NCBI GenBank assembly: GCA_030704615.1
Contig: CM060733.1
Coordinates: 1,612,001 to 1,676,000 of the forward strand
DNA: 64,000 nucleotides
DNA from: Takakia lepidozioides
Lineage: Eukaryota; Plantae; Bryophyta
Reading direction: 5' to 3'
The notes beneath the pieces were generated by a model. That model was not told the DNA's origin. It was given only the letters and a program-made list of their open reading frames with translations, and made no database searches. A program made the position numbers and the translations under genes. This document shows positions 37,051-50,965 of the stretch, piece after piece. Every line of letters begins with the position of its first letter. The stretch's first letter is position 1.

Positions 37051-39094
37051 CTTCCATGGATGTAGACATACTCCCCCTTAATGTTTATCAGCTGGATACA
37101 CTGGTTCCTCCATACCCGCCTTAGGTATGTTCTTCAATACACGTACTCATACCTGTATTCCACACCTAGGTTCAGGTATACCGGTCCAACACTGTATATT
37201 CGTAATTGCATATTCGTAATTGCAAGGTGTTCTCTGTTTGTGGAATAGTTTCATCCATATCTATAGCATCCTTTGATCGGTTGAATATAAAACTACTTGC
37301 GGACAACCAAAGTGTTGGCGATGGCGCAGGGTCACTCCACCCTCATGGACGGTTGTGTGTCGAGGGGGAGACCTATAATTAAGCGATTCCTTCGTGGGGC
37401 GGTGCCGCTAAGTCAGTGGGCCACAGCAACATGGTGCCCAAGTCAGCGGAACCCACTCCCATGCTTCTATATAATTTTATTTCTTAAGCAAACCCCAGAT
37501 TATGGAGTTTGAAAACCTTAGTTTGTCCCAGTTCACGAAGTTGTGTGCTTAGTTTTTTTAAAGAAAGGGGACAGAGGCCCTGTTACTCAACTTAAAACGA
37601 AGCGAGGAAAAATTAACCTCGAATAAGCCATCAGGCGGAACAAATCTGGGGAACCTCCCAGGCCTGCCAACAATGGCACAAGTCGAGTGCGCTTATTTCT
37701 ATGTGGAACTGTTTGTCGGGCGGTGGCGCGACAGAAGGGGGTCGATCCCCAGACCACCATCCGCGGAATCTCAAAATTTCCGAACGTTGCGATTTCACAA
37801 ATACCTATATATTTTATGCCCTTCCCGACCAACTGGTCAGAGCCTCCCAAGATGCTCATGCATGGATGTTGGATAGATGAACAGGCGGGCTTGTGGACGA
37901 AGATCATGGATGCGGATGAGAATGGTAGGAATTCGCGCCCACGCACGACCAGCACGTTGCTGGCTACTATATCTGGAATCTGGATTTGAACCCGAGATCA
38001 CAGTTGCAGGCCGCAATATATGGGGACAAAAAGCCGTTAGTAGGGGCATTAAAAAGATGCTATTCGCGGTAAGTCGGGGAGTCCAATTCCCGATCTTATT
38101 AATAACTAATTTATGTCGTGCCCAGTAAATGCGAGCGTTGATTTCGCCGCATGATCGGCAGTCAGCGGTGAGTTGCGCCATTATTAGGCCCTGCTCGCCC
38201 GTAACTCACTTGGCCTTATCGCAACGTCCCATATCTGCAAGGCCTCCCCAGTGCGCCCCGGGCCCACCCGCCTATTCACCCAGGTGGGCCCTGTCTCCCT
38301 AAGCCGCGCACCCGCGTCATCGGTAGAACCCCGATAATAAAATAATAATTCACGCCTGTCAGATCGACGCTATTCGCTACGCCATCCGCGCTGTGCCCTC
38401 TTACCGCGCAACCTTTGATTCTACGTTTCCCGTTCTGGACCCGTTCGTTCCCGTCCCGGGAGGCAACCCCGATGGGTGGTCCCCGGATGCGCGCGGTGGC
38501 GGGGTCGACTCCCCGCGTGCGACCACAGAGTAAGCGCATAAGGCCGCGGCGTTGCCTGCCACGACTGCCTCGCGCCCATGGCCCCCGTGCCCCGCCCACC
38601 GACCGCGCGCACGCGCGAGCTGTAGCCCGCTCCCGCCAGCTGTCTCGAGGCGACTAGCCCAGGCTTGCGCAGGATGGCAGCCCGGGCGTCGCAAGCAGCC
38701 AAGACGGCGACGTGCGACGGAGCCGCAAAATCGTCCAAAAATAAACGGGCCGATTCGGTGAGCTGCTCAAATTTTTCTTGAGCGCAGCGCCCCGTAATAT
38801 TCACAAATCTGCCTTGAGCGCAGCGCCGCATCGCTCGCTCCGTTGCTGCCCTGCACGCAGCGTGTATCGATGGCGGGATCTTTGGCAGCGTGGCAGCCGT
38901 ACGCGTGTGCCGTGCCGCCACCATCATGCCGTAGCCGTCTAACCGCGCGTCTCACTAGCCCTAATAACCCCGCAAAGCAATCCGTCGTCCTTGCTAACGG
39001 AGCCGGCAGGACCCCGCCGGAGAGTGGTCTCTGGCACACAGCGACTGCGTCAGTAAAAGCGCCTACGACGGAGGCGTAATGCCTCGCTAACAGC

Positions 39095-39450
39095 ACTACC
39101 GTACTTTACCTAGCTTATTAGGCACTTCCGCGCCTAATAATTAATAAAAATGGAATAGTATTAGGCAGATTCGTTTTTATTATTTAGGCACCTCACCTAT
39201 GTAATTTCCAAACATTAGGCATGTATTACAGTCGATCCTGGATAATGAACAATTGTTTTTTACCTCCCTCAAAACCTATTGTTGAGGTAATTTTCTTTTC
39301 AAAAAATGTAAAAACATTTTTTCAAGCAATTAGGCACTTCTCAGAAAAAATTTCCAAGTTTTAGGCACATTCTCCAAAAATGTTCTAAATTTAATTAGGC
39401 ACTTGATTTTGATTTAATTATTGCCTAATAAGCTAGGTAAGTACGGTAGT
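39095..39450. mobile_element. MITE with about 30-bp TIRs, probably Tc1/mariner-type (TA target)
   Basis: actaccgtactttacctagcttattaggca ... tgcctaataagctaggtaagtacggtagt; AT-rich interior with TTAGGCAC repeats. Confidence 0.8.
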
Positions 39451-42343
39451 ATCACGGCCCAGCGCCGCGTTTACTTTGCTGCCTGCGTACTCGCTCCTCG
39501 GGCGGTCTCCTGGGGCGGCTAACGGATGTGTTCGGTTCGGTAACCCTGTGCTCGGGTGCTGACCCCGCGCGGCATCCGCGGCCGTCAATTTCCCTCACCG
39601 CCATTTTTGACTTACCTCCACCTGACTATTTGGAATGGCGATTAGGTCCGGCCAGGTTAGGGTAGGTTAGGCCGCCTCTGGTTAGGTCAACAAAGCTCCA
39701 CGGCGGGATGAATGATGAGCGGATGGATGGACATGGCTCGTGGGAGACTGGTAAACCACATCGCCATGAGAGTCTTGGATGAATGACACGGACGATAAGC
39801 ACGCTTTTGGAGTCGCTTTCACAGTAAAAAAACTCTCACTTTCGGTTGGGGACACGGGACGGGACAGCGGTGTTGCGAACCCTAAACGAGACCAGTAAAT
39901 GGGGGGAGCACCAACCGTCCCGCGGCCTGTGACTGTTCCTTGTGTAATTTCCGTAGATGATAATTTCTGTCGTCGTCGCCATCACTTCCGGTTGGATCTA
40001 CAGGTGACGGGACCTACGGTATAATCTGTCGTGTGGGTTGAAAAGCAGAGTCGCAGGCGGGGTTGTGATGCCTGACCGGAGTTAATTTGTCGAGAAGGGA
40101 TCTCGCATGCAGTGGAGGGAGAAGGAGATGATGATGGTGGAGAGATGGAGAGATGAAGCGCGGGGTAAGAAGGAGGTGAGGGAAGGAGGGAGCAGGGTGA
40201 CGTGGGAGAGGGAGGGTCGCTGGAAGGGAGGAAAAGAGAGGGATATGGCAGGCAAGTCCCAGGGATTTGACTTTAAATCACAGGAGCTGCTTTTAATGGA
40301 GTTTTGCTCATCATGCTCGATTACTCTTTACGTGCTCCTCTTTCCTTTAATCCTACTCACCATCTTCGCGAAAGCCTCTATATAGCCTCCGCGCATGCCC
40401 CCCACTCATCCTTGCTTGACCTCCTCTCCTCTTGCCTCCGAGGTTCGTCTAACGCGGTGCCCCTTCCTCTCTCATAGGAGGGCATTGCTCTCTCATTGAC
40501 TGTTGCCGATGTGTTTAAGTAGGTCGTTGGCCCGTGGTTTTTTGGGTCATCCAGACACCTTCGCTGTCTGCGCTGGCCAGGAATACCATAGTCAGTCCTT
40601 GCCTTTAGATTTGTTTGCAGTAAGCAGTTCGTAATCGCTTGTTACAAGGTAGGTGCACCTGTTCTCTGAACAAACAGAATAGGGTATCAGGTTGGAAGGT
40701 GGTGGGTAGGTTGGCTAACCCTTGTATGCAAGTAGGGACTCTTTTTGAAGAGTGCTCTTTTGAGGCCTCGCCTGACTTACACGGGAGCCTAGGTGTGGAG
40801 ATATGGTGGAGCACTGCTGTGGGGAATGCCGCATGGCCCGAGGCCATGAGTCATACTTGTGACCAAGTAGGCACTTTGGGCTTCGGACCAGGCTTCATTC
40901 CCCTCAGCTCTACTCCCCTTCTATTACGTCGACGACGTGACACTACTGAGGTCTGTAGTTTGTTCTCTTAAACTGGTCCTGATCGATCTTCTCCTGAGAC
41001 AATAAAAAGTGAAGTGGCACTGGCTTTCTAGCGTGTCGGAGAAACTCCCACAATACATGTTATGGTTACAGTGCTGCGCTGCTCTCAGGAGTTGTCAAGG
41101 CCTTGGAGCCAGTAATTCATTTCAGGGTCTTTTCCTGTGTTTTTGGATGAGCTTTAGACATGTACATATATGCAGAGAGAATGAGGCTCGTGAAGATTAT
41201 GTCTATGGTTGGCAGAATGCAGAGAAGGACCGTGACCAGTCTGCAGCCACACAGCGGGGTGCCAAGGAGAATTCTTGGAGACCGTGCTCGCACGGTGACA
41301 CATGAAATGGTCGTACGCTCTTTCTTCGACTATTGGAGTTTTTTGTTGAGAGAACGTAACACGGCGAGAGTGGAGAGAGCGTGATTCACTACGGTACGTC
41401 ACAACATCTTTCCTCCGGCTCCTGGGTTTATGTTCTTCTGTAGTCACAGATAGACCATCTAGGTCGATTGATACCCACTAGCTCTGGATACCCACTAGCT
41501 TGAATATCTGCTATAATGTGGCAAGATCATCAAGCAGGAGGTGCTTGGCTTCTACCTCTCATGTCTGCCCTTTCCTGGTAGGAAGCTCGACCTTACTAGA
41601 GAGTTAAGATGCTGCATTTATCAGCTTTCATTGTGCTGTAGAATAGAAGTAAGAGGAAATAATAAATCCAATGTGAATGGGATGCAATTCGGTCAATTGT
41701 CTCCCCTACCATCACAGCACAGCTATTTGGGCAACTGCCCACAGATTGCAACCCGCTGGAGAGGAGGCATGGTTGTAGTCATATCTACCAATTAAGACTT
41801 GATTGGCCGGGATGATCAAAGCTCGAATGCAGTTCCAGATCACAAAGCAGTGGTTAGACCGGAGCTGAGTAGAGCTGAGGTGACCCAACTCAAAGTAGTC
41901 AGGAGGCAAATAACAAAAGCGTCTGTACTCAAGGAAATCTGACACATTTACTTCAAATCATTTGGTAGCCAGAGCTTTCAATAGAGAATGAATCACAAGT
42001 TTTGAGTCCAGTGAGATCAGCCGGTTTAAGCTGACTCATTCCAGATTTGCTGTCAAAATAACCTAGCAATTTTGGTTCTCAATCAAAACTAAGTGCTGTG
42101 TTATACCACGCACGAACAGGACCCTACCAAATGGGTAGATGCCGCTCTGACATCACATACCAGATGCCGCTCACCTTGAATGCTGTTGACTTCACCAGTT
42201 TAGTAATATCCTTAGAATCTCCTGGCATATGCATCAGAGAATGTGAGCGCTATATAAGTATCCATGATGCTAGCCTACAAATGACGGCGTCAAATAAGAG
42301 GATGATTGCAACCAATTTAACATCTTTCATGTGGGTTGTGCAG

Positions 42344-42460
42344 TACAAGATAGCCGCATGCCAGATTTTGGTGACGACTGATAAGGAGGCCAACATAGCC
42401 CATACTCGTAATGTAATAGAGGCAGCTGCAGACAAAAGAGCTCAACTCATCCTCCTGCCG
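42344..42460 (+). CDS. Single exon of an omega-amidase/nitrilase-like gene (NIT2/NLP3 type)
   Basis: tgcag|YKIAACQILVTTDKEANIAHTRNVIEAAADKRAQLILLP|gtaag, the N-terminal CN-hydrolase segment ending just before the catalytic Glu. Confidence 0.85.
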
Positions 42461-42884
42461 GTAAGCTTTCTAGATACCTTCAAAGATGGCAAAGATGGAT
42501 CGAGTTTGATGAAGGAGAGGCCTTAGTTTTCAGTAAGTTTGTGGTGTGATTTTGGGAGGGTCTATATACGGCAGAGATATTTCGAGTCATGCCAGCGCTT
42601 GACTAGTCGAACTAGTGGCATGCACCCCATCTAGGATTGATGAAATAGACATAAGGGCCGCCCACATGATACTTTGCTCAATCCCGTTAGCCTGGCGAAT
42701 TCGCTAGCGGCGGGCCCCGTCAAGGGAGCGAAGCGAAGCCTCGGACCTGGCACATGCAGCGAACGGTCCTTTGGCAAAGCTGTTTTGGTCTTTCTTGTGT
42801 TGGGGCGACGAACCTCGGGCGAAGCGAATTCGTGAGGCTGATCGCCCCGCTGACACGCGAATTCGCCTGCCAGCCCCTCTGACA

Positions 42885-43285
42885 GGCGAATTCGCCACTT
42901 TAGGCGCTCATGTGCACTGCCCTATAATATTCTTAATAGACAAGAAACTTTTTCTGAATTGATCTCTTCATCTGTTTAATACCAAAGAGTGAGGTATTTC
43001 ATCATGGCTGGCAAATTCGCCACTTTAGGCGCTCATGTGCACTGCCCTATAATATTCTTAATAGACAAGAAACTTTTTCTGAATTGATCTCTTCATCTGT
43101 TTAATACCAAAGAGTGAGGTATTTCATCATGGCTGGCAAATTCGCCACTTTAGGCGCTCATGTGCGCGGCTCTATAATAGATAGTTGATGCTGTGACTAT
43201 TCTTAATAGATAAAGAAACTTTTTCTGAATTGATCCCTTCATCTGTTTAATACCACATCCGAGTGAGGTATTTCATCATGGCTGG
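42885..43285. repeat. Tandem repeat, three units of about 125 bp
   Basis: aattcgccactttaggcgctcatgtgc...gaggtatttcatcatggctgg at about 42889, 43014 and 43139. Confidence 0.92.
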
Positions 43286-45689
43286 TTAGGCCTTGGGGAA
43301 ACTCATCAATATATCAAGCATTTGTTTGTTTATTTTGTAGCGTTGAGATCTCCCAAAACCGCGGGGCTTGGTCTTATGATTTTTTGACTTACGGTGTGGG
43401 AGATGGTGAATTTCAAGTACTTTGGGTCGTTGAAAATTCGTGAAAAATAGCGAAGTGGGCTTTCCTGGGACAAGATTGGATATATGAAGCCTCCACAGGA
43501 GATATATCAATAATAGAATAAATTCATGAAAAAAAACCTAAATTGGTACTTCTGTTTGCTGTAAATCCGTGAAAAACAGCAAAGTGAGCTTTCCTCGATA
43601 TATTACTACTACTAACTAAATTCATGGAATAAAAATATATTGGTGTACCGAGTCTGTCTCATGATTTGCGGTGTGGGATACATGAAATTTCAAGTACTTT
43701 TGGTAGCTGGAAATTCACGAAAATAGCAAACTGGGCTTTCTTTGAACAATGATTGGGTATAATATTATTACTCAATAAATTCATGGAACAAATGGGAAAT
43801 ATGAAATTGCAGGTACTTTTGGTCGTTGGAAATTCGCAGAAAATAGTAAAACGAGCTTTGAAGTCATGATTCCGGCTCTATGGGTTTGTTCTCCTTCCTC
43901 TATCGGACTTAACTTTATCTGGGAAATGTAGTCGGTAGATGAGCGTGGCAGAGAAGATGGAATCTTACTAAGAGTACATCACAGACTCAAACCTCCAAAC
44001 ATTTTCATCCAACCACTCAAGCACACCCGTTACACCCAACTTACGTTTGCGTAAGACCCAAAAAGCCACCACCCTCACTGCCACGGCAGTGAGGTTTAAA
44101 TAGTATCATAATCTAATCCTAGTACCGCGTAGCACTTACACATAGGTCCACCAGATGCACAAGAAACTGCGAGCTCCTGCGAGTGATGAGCTCAGGGAGA
44201 ACAAAAATGAAGCCTAGCCAAAACAAGCTACACACCCGGCACACAAGGGATAAAAAAACCTAGGGAAGAAAACCTTACCCTACAAGCTGCGTGGAGGACA
44301 AAACATCCCATAGGAAAAACCCTGAGTGCTACAAATAGTGCAAAAAACTAGCACGAAATTCAAACACTATTCTAAAGAAGAGGATGCCATGTTTTGAGTG
44401 CGAGCTGTCTGAGCTGTGGGGGTGAAGATCACCTGACGGTTCTCAACATTCAAACATGTTAGATCAAAAGTAAGAGTGCATGGAACAAGTAATGAAACAT
44501 GAATGGAGCTAGCTAAGTGAGGAGTAGAGGCATGTTGTGGGAGCAAGACATACTGTCTGCCAGGAAGAATATCAGAGATAAAGTAAGGGCCATCAATTCT
44601 TCGTTTGGCCTTGGAAATCTGTTTACCAGGCTGGAGTCTTACACAAACAGACTGGCCTACCTTGAATGACTCAGAATACACAACTCGGCGGTTGTAATTC
44701 TTTGCCTGAGCAGCTTGGGCAAACACAATGTTAGATTTGGCAGTTTCCCTCAAACGACATCTTCTAGCATCCATGGAAAGCAAAAAGACTTCCCAATTCT
44801 CAGGCTCAGTAGCCGAGACCTGCAGCTAGGAGATATGCAAAGGGGTTCTACTTTTCTTACCATACAAAAGTTCAAAAGGTGTGATTTTGGTACTGACATG
44901 GATAGAAGTCTTGTAGGCAAAGAGTAGAATATGCACAGCAATATCCCATTCATCAATGAGTGTCCCATTCTTCTCGAGCATCTTTGTTAAATCGTTTTGT
45001 CAAACCATTGCATTGGGGATTGTAGGGAGCAGGAACGGCATGCTTAGTGTTGAGATTAAACAAGACAATATCCATAAGTTGGTTGCAAAACTCTGTACCT
45101 TGATCCGTGAGGATTTCCAGAGGGAAATCATGACGAAGAATCACCTTATCAAAGAAAAACTGTACCACTTTATCACTATCCTTAGCAACCAGAGGTCGGA
45201 GCTCAACCCATTTCGTCAGGTAGTCCGTAGCAACCGCAAGGTATGCATGGCCCTTGGACGTGGATTTAATGGGTCCGACTAGATCTAAGCCAACCCTGGC
45301 AAATGGTTCAGTCACCGGGATTGGCTGTAAAGGCAAGGGAGCTTCGGTTCTAGGTAGGATGGTTTTAGCATGACAGGGCACACACCTTGCAATGAAAGCT
45401 GAGATATCTTTAACTAAGCCTTTCCAGTGATACTGCTCCTGTAATCTCTTGACAGTTTTAGCAACCCCCAAATGGCCAGCATAAATAGAAGCATGGTATA
45501 ATTTGAGTAAAGCAGGGACAGCGGACCTAGAAGAGACTTCCACAGCAGAGGTACCTTCCAAAGCAGTGACTATGAACAATCTCCATTCACTTTCCCGGTG
45601 GCTGGGTAAGTGATAGTTGACTTGCCTCATGAGCAGCTGGGATATGCCACTAAGGTGGGTGCCGGTTTTGCACCTTAGTATTAAAAGAT

Positions 45690-46367
45690 ATCAAGGTGGG
45701 TGATCACCTTGCTCCCCAGCAGATTAATCGCTTGCACCAGTTTCTACGTGACAATCTCGACATCTTTAGTCAAGGGCTTCATGACTTGGGCCGCACCACC
45801 CTTCTGGATCATGACATCATCGCGGATGGTAAGCCTATCAAACAACATGCCTATAGGGAGAGTGTACGTGAGTGCAAGGTCATTCAAGATGAGATTACCA
45901 AGATGCTTGATGCTGGTGTAATCACCCCCTCCATATCCCCTTGGGCCACTCCCATTGTTTTGGTGGGTAAGAAGGATGGCTCCACCCATTTTTGCGTTGA
46001 TTTTCGGCGTTTAAATGCCATCACCAAGCGGGATGTTTACCCTTTGTCATGCATCAATGAAACGCTTGATCAACTTAATGGGGTCACTATCTTCTCTTCC
46101 TTAGATTTAGCCTCTGGCTTTTGGCAAGTTCCTTTAACTGCTGCTACTAAGGATAAAACTGCCTTCACCTGTAGGATGGGCCTCTTCCAATTTGAAACAA
46201 TGTCTTTTGGCCTTTGCAACGCTACTGCTATATTTCAGCGATTGATGGACATAGTCTTAGGAAACCTTCGTTGGGAGTGTGCCTTAGTTTACATTTCTAC
46301 AACGTTTGATGCTCATCTGTTGGATTTACAGCGGGTTGTGTGCAGACTTTGTGCAGCCGGGCTTAAG
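45690..46367 (+). mobile_element. RT core of the same gypsy element, inverted and relocated
   Basis: SPWATPIVLVGKKDGS..FCVDFRRLN..LDLASGFWQV..FGLCNA; frames join as PLYD|IKVG...AGLK|VKAKKC with the junction at about 47459. Confidence 0.9.
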
Positions 46368-47709
46368 TGGCAGCCCCCGTTCTCTTCCTTTCATAATCCT
46401 GACTTCATTTTCAGTTGGCTGCCGATGAGGAGGCAAGCAGGCTGTAAGGCGCAGCTCAGTCCCTCGGTCAGGAAACAAACCAAGGCAGGTGCAAGACAAG
46501 ATGGGCAGTTCTAAGGTAAGGGAAAGTACCAGACCAATCTGCAAGATACCAGACCAAAATTCATGCCAATACCAGGGGAGAGTCAACCAACATTAAACTG
46601 TAGAAGATCCCAAGTGTCAAGCAAATCTGGAGGGAACATAAGGATAGTCCAGCAAATGACACAAGGCATAGGGATTTGCAACAGACACAGCAGATGATGT
46701 AGATCGTGCAGCAGGGGAGACCAGATCATTTACGGTAGTATAAGGTGCAAGGATTTTGGATTCACCTCGAGTCAAAGCATCAGCATTAACATTATCCTTT
46801 CCTTGCTTGTAGGAGATGGTAAAGTCATAGCCTTACAGAATGAGAGCCCACCGAGCTAATCTGCCAGTGAGTTCACGAGGAGTTAGCAAGGCTTTTAAAT
46901 GTAGATGATCAGTTTCAATGGTAAAATGACAACCATGTAAATACTGCCTAAAATATTTGACTCCAAAGATGACTGCAAGGCCTTTCTTGTCAGTGATAGA
47001 GTAATTGCGCTCATGTTTATCAAGGCGGCGAGAGGCGTAGGCGATTGCATGCTCCTAACCATCTTGAATTTGGCTCAACACAGCAGAGATAGCTAGATCA
47101 CTGGCATCAGTTTGCAAGATAAATGGCAAGGTAAAATCAGGATAGACAAGCACAGGAGCAGGAGTTAGTGCAATTTTTAGCTTCTCAAATGCGGATGTTT
47201 CAGCAGTACCCCATACAAAACGAGCATCTTTGGACAACAAGCGAGTGAGGGGAGTAGCTAACTTGGCAAACTGAAAAATGAAGCGACAATAGTAAGAACC
47301 CAAGCCTAAGAATGCTTTAACACATGTTTTATCCCGAGGGGCTGGATAGTTCCACACAGCTTGGATCTTAGCAGGGTCAAGACTGATGCCAGCAGCAGAA
47401 AGCAGATGGCCCAAGAAATAGAGTTGTTCCAACAAAAATCACACTTCTTAGCTTTAACATCATATAATGGATCATCCATGCCTACATCACTCATGGCCAC
47501 ACAACAGCAGGTTAGTGCAGGACGCCCTTGGACATCCGAGCACGTCTCAATGAGGGTTTGGATGAAAGCAGGGCTCCGCTCTGCTTCAGGAGTAAGCGGA
47601 CCTTTGTCAGTGGAACCAGAATGAGAAGCAAACACCTGAAGTTGGTCCACAGGGGAGTCCACCAGCCCAATATCATGAAGACTGAGACCTTTCTAAACAG
47701 AGGCCAGCT

Positions 47710-47965
47710 CAGACAAAGGAGAAGCAGTGAGCCTAGCAAGGACCTAACCCCTGCGGACACTGATGCTGATGCGTTCAGGATTAGCAATCAGTAACCTGAC
47801 CTCACCCTTGAAACCCCTATCTAAAACCCCAGAAGCAACCAGACAGTGCTTTTGGAGGGTAAGTTTCTTCCAGCCCTAGGGCAAGCAAAAGCTAGACCTG
47901 TAGGTACTATGCGCTGAGAAAAAGCAAGGATGATGAAATCAATAGGAGAACGTAGCAAAAGGGAA
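47710..47965 (-). pseudogene. Degenerate dUTPase-like domain between PR and RT
   Basis: LRSPIDFII...IVPTGLAF (frameshift) VASGVLDRGFKGEVRLLIAN..ISVRRG*VLARL. Confidence 0.7.
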
Positions 47966-49859
47966 TTCTTTGCCACAGGTAGAGGAGGTCTAGACTTCTT
48001 ACCTGGTGGAGAGAAATGCCATTGGTACAAGGTATCACCAAGTGGTTGGAACTGGTTGAACCTGGCCCAATTATAATGCAAACCCACCTGCTCCTTCATC
48101 TGCTCAGCTTGAAGCTTGAGACGAGAATAGTTGGCCATAGAGGTCCCAGCAGCAATAGTAACATGGTTTAGACTCACCTTGTAAGGTTGCCCTTCACCAT
48201 TGTGAAGACACATAAGATTATTTATGATGTCAATGCTGGCCTCTGCACCCTTCATCCAATCCAGACCCAACAAAACTTGTTCACCCATGGTAACAATGCA
48301 GGTCAGCAAGACAGTTTTCCCACTAATGTGGATAGGTAAGGTGACTAACCCAATAGGTTCATAAGCCGTGCCATCAGCTATGGTAACCACAAGGCCATGA
48401 GCAGAGCTAATCTTTAATCCAAGAATGCGAACTGTACTAAGTGGAATGGCAGACATGGTACAACCAATATCAATAACACATGGAAAGGAAAGGTGGCCCA
48501 CATCACATTGTGTCATCAATGGGTGGATACGGTCCCGACTGACACGTTTATAGGCCTCACAGTGCATGAGTTTGAAATCACGAGAAAGAACAGCACTTAC
48601 CAACGTGTTGGGGTTCTTACCATGGTCATCTGGCACCCTCACAGACGACCTGGTTTGTTTAAAATACCCTGCTGTTTTTTGTCCCTTTGTAACTGTTCAA
48701 TCAGGGTAGGCAAGTCAGATTGGTAAGGGCACCACCTGGTGTAATGCTTGATGGACTTGCAAATCATGCAAGCCACCACTGAGGTCCTGGTGTCATGACA
48801 CATGCCAGCATGGGCTTTACCTTGAGGCCCCGATCTGGCAGGGACTGCAGGGTTTCAGCCTACCTCAGCTTTGAAGGCTTGCAGTTCTCCCTGGATTTCA
48901 TTACGAAAAGATGATAACTCATGCACAATGGAAGGGACCAGATCTACTGCAATACCTTTCACCCCAGGGTCCCCATCAGTAGGCTCTACACAATGACTCT
49001 CACTAACTAGATGAGTGTGTTTCGTGTTGGCAACTTTAGACAGGCCTGCCTTAGCAGCTTTGAGACGTAACCTTTCTTCAATCAATTCCACCATCTCATC
49101 TTCAGTGGTGTAAGTCTGTTTTTGCATAAACACTTTCTCAGCAGCGGGCAAGCCCTTTACAAAACAATGTTTCAAAATAGCAGGTCTCTCTGATGCAATC
49201 AAAACCGACTTACAAATTGCAATTCGTAAATCAGTGTAGTATTTCCACATATTGTCGCCATAATGAAATTTTAAGTCTGGTGTGGTGTAAGCTATGGGAT
49301 TTTCTTCACGAAAGAGCTTGCGAGCCAACTCTCTGGCTTCGACCCACGTAAGATCATTTTTGTCCTTAATGTTGGACTCAAATAGTTGCCTGGCCTCTCC
49401 CTTGAGATAGATCCGAAAGGACTTGACTTGGAATCGTGGGGAACTCCATTCATTTCAGTGCTGATTTCAAAAAATTCCAAGAAGGACTCAAAATCCTCCT
49501 CTAAGTTGTACTCAGGGTATTACTGCTTATGCATTCGCTCTCCATGATTAGATTTTCGTGGAGTAGTGTCCAAAACTTCAGATTGTTTCAGCAACATCTT
49601 CAAAAGGGGGGGGGCAATTTGAAATCACCCCCATGGCTTCACACAGCTCGTCCAAATCAAATGTGGGCTGAGGCACAGTCGCCGGATCTTTGTGATCTCC
49701 GGATGACTCTCCCCTTTCCATATTATTCTTTTCATTAGTTGTTGTCTCTTCCCTCTCCTCCGCTGCACGTTTTTCCAACTCACTTAGTCCCATCGTCTCT
49801 TCTGCTTCCCTTTCTAGCATAGATATTGTAAATACAGGCATGAGAAGAGAAGGACACGG

Positions 49860-50772
49860 CTACCTGTCCGAAGGAGCACTAAGCTGCGAGTCCCACCCAG
49901 ACACACAGTGGGAGGTGATGAAGCGGTGCTTGTGTAGCAGATACACTCCTTCTCCCAAGAATGCCCACAGTTCCTCTTCATCCTTGAGCCAAAAAACCAC
50001 GCGCACGATGCTGCGCACCACTTTCTCTTTCACCAACATCGTGTGGGCAGGAGATGTCTGAGCTTCTTCGGCCTTGTAGAGACCTATTGTTTCACGCCAA
50101 AAACACACCCCCGGAAAGATCAACACATCACTGGGACAAAAAGGAAATTCAGAGTCAGGGATACCCGTGATGAGCTCTTCCCAAGTGGGATCTCGGGTAG
50201 GGGCTGGCGGAACTCGAGGCCTTAAATTAGCAAGCAGGATAGATGTTCTTCCCTTAACTAGTTCCCACAATCGTAGAGGGCTCCGCTTGTCAGGAGGTAG
50301 GAAGCTCTCAAGCTCCACACCCAATTCTCGACTCACAGAGAATTGTGGAATGCCCAAGACAGCCCAGCTAAGCTTCTCACCACTCTCCAACTGCTCCTTG
50401 GCACTAGAAAGGGGGATTTGTAGAGTGACTTCCCTGGAATGAAGTTTGAGGAGAAGGCATGCAGCATAGGCTCCCTGAAGGGATTCGCGAATGCGCCGGC
50501 TCTTCTCCCTCTGCTCCGTCGTATGGGTTTGCAAGCTTCCTTGCGCGCAGTTTCCTCAAAGGTTTTGACCCAGAACTACGAGGGCGTGTCCAGCGGAAGC
50601 TCGGGTCACGGAATCGGTTGGAACCCGGGTAATCAACAAAAACCAACTGCTCATGCAACAGGTTGCGCGCAAGCTCACAGATGTAGCGAGATTCCAACGC
50701 CAGAGTCTGCTTCAAGCGCAGGACTTCGAATTGATCAAGTTCAAACCAACCACGTTCAGAACTGGCAGCCAT
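49860..50772 (-). CDS. Extra ORF of unknown function between PBS and gag (one frameshift)
   Basis: Overlapping ORFs 50404-50772 and 49860-50534, about 300 aa together. Confidence 0.55.
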
Positions 50773-50965
50773 AGTGCTTGCTTGCTAAACTCTCAAAACA
50801 CAGAAAAGCTCGAGCAGGCAAACTTCCTTTCTCTCTCTCTGCGCGCGAGACACAAGCCGCCATTTTGCCACCCCCTCTCCCTTCCATCATGCAGAATCTT
50901 CCGTACCCAATCTACTATTTTCAGGTGCTTCGTACCAACTAAATGCTCTGTCAACGATTTTAGTT

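Larger units (their letters stand above)
30329..37194. mobile_element. hAT-type MITE interrupted by an L1 insertion
   Basis: TIRs CACTGTTGGACTGGTA / TACCGGTCCAACACTG; flanking duplication (G)TATATTC on both sides; GGTAT/ATACC internal motifs at both ends. Confidence 0.7.

Noticed and set aside
37500-40400. Many overlapping ORFs in a GC-rich block
   Set aside because: No recognisable motifs; expected from low stop-codon frequency at high GC.
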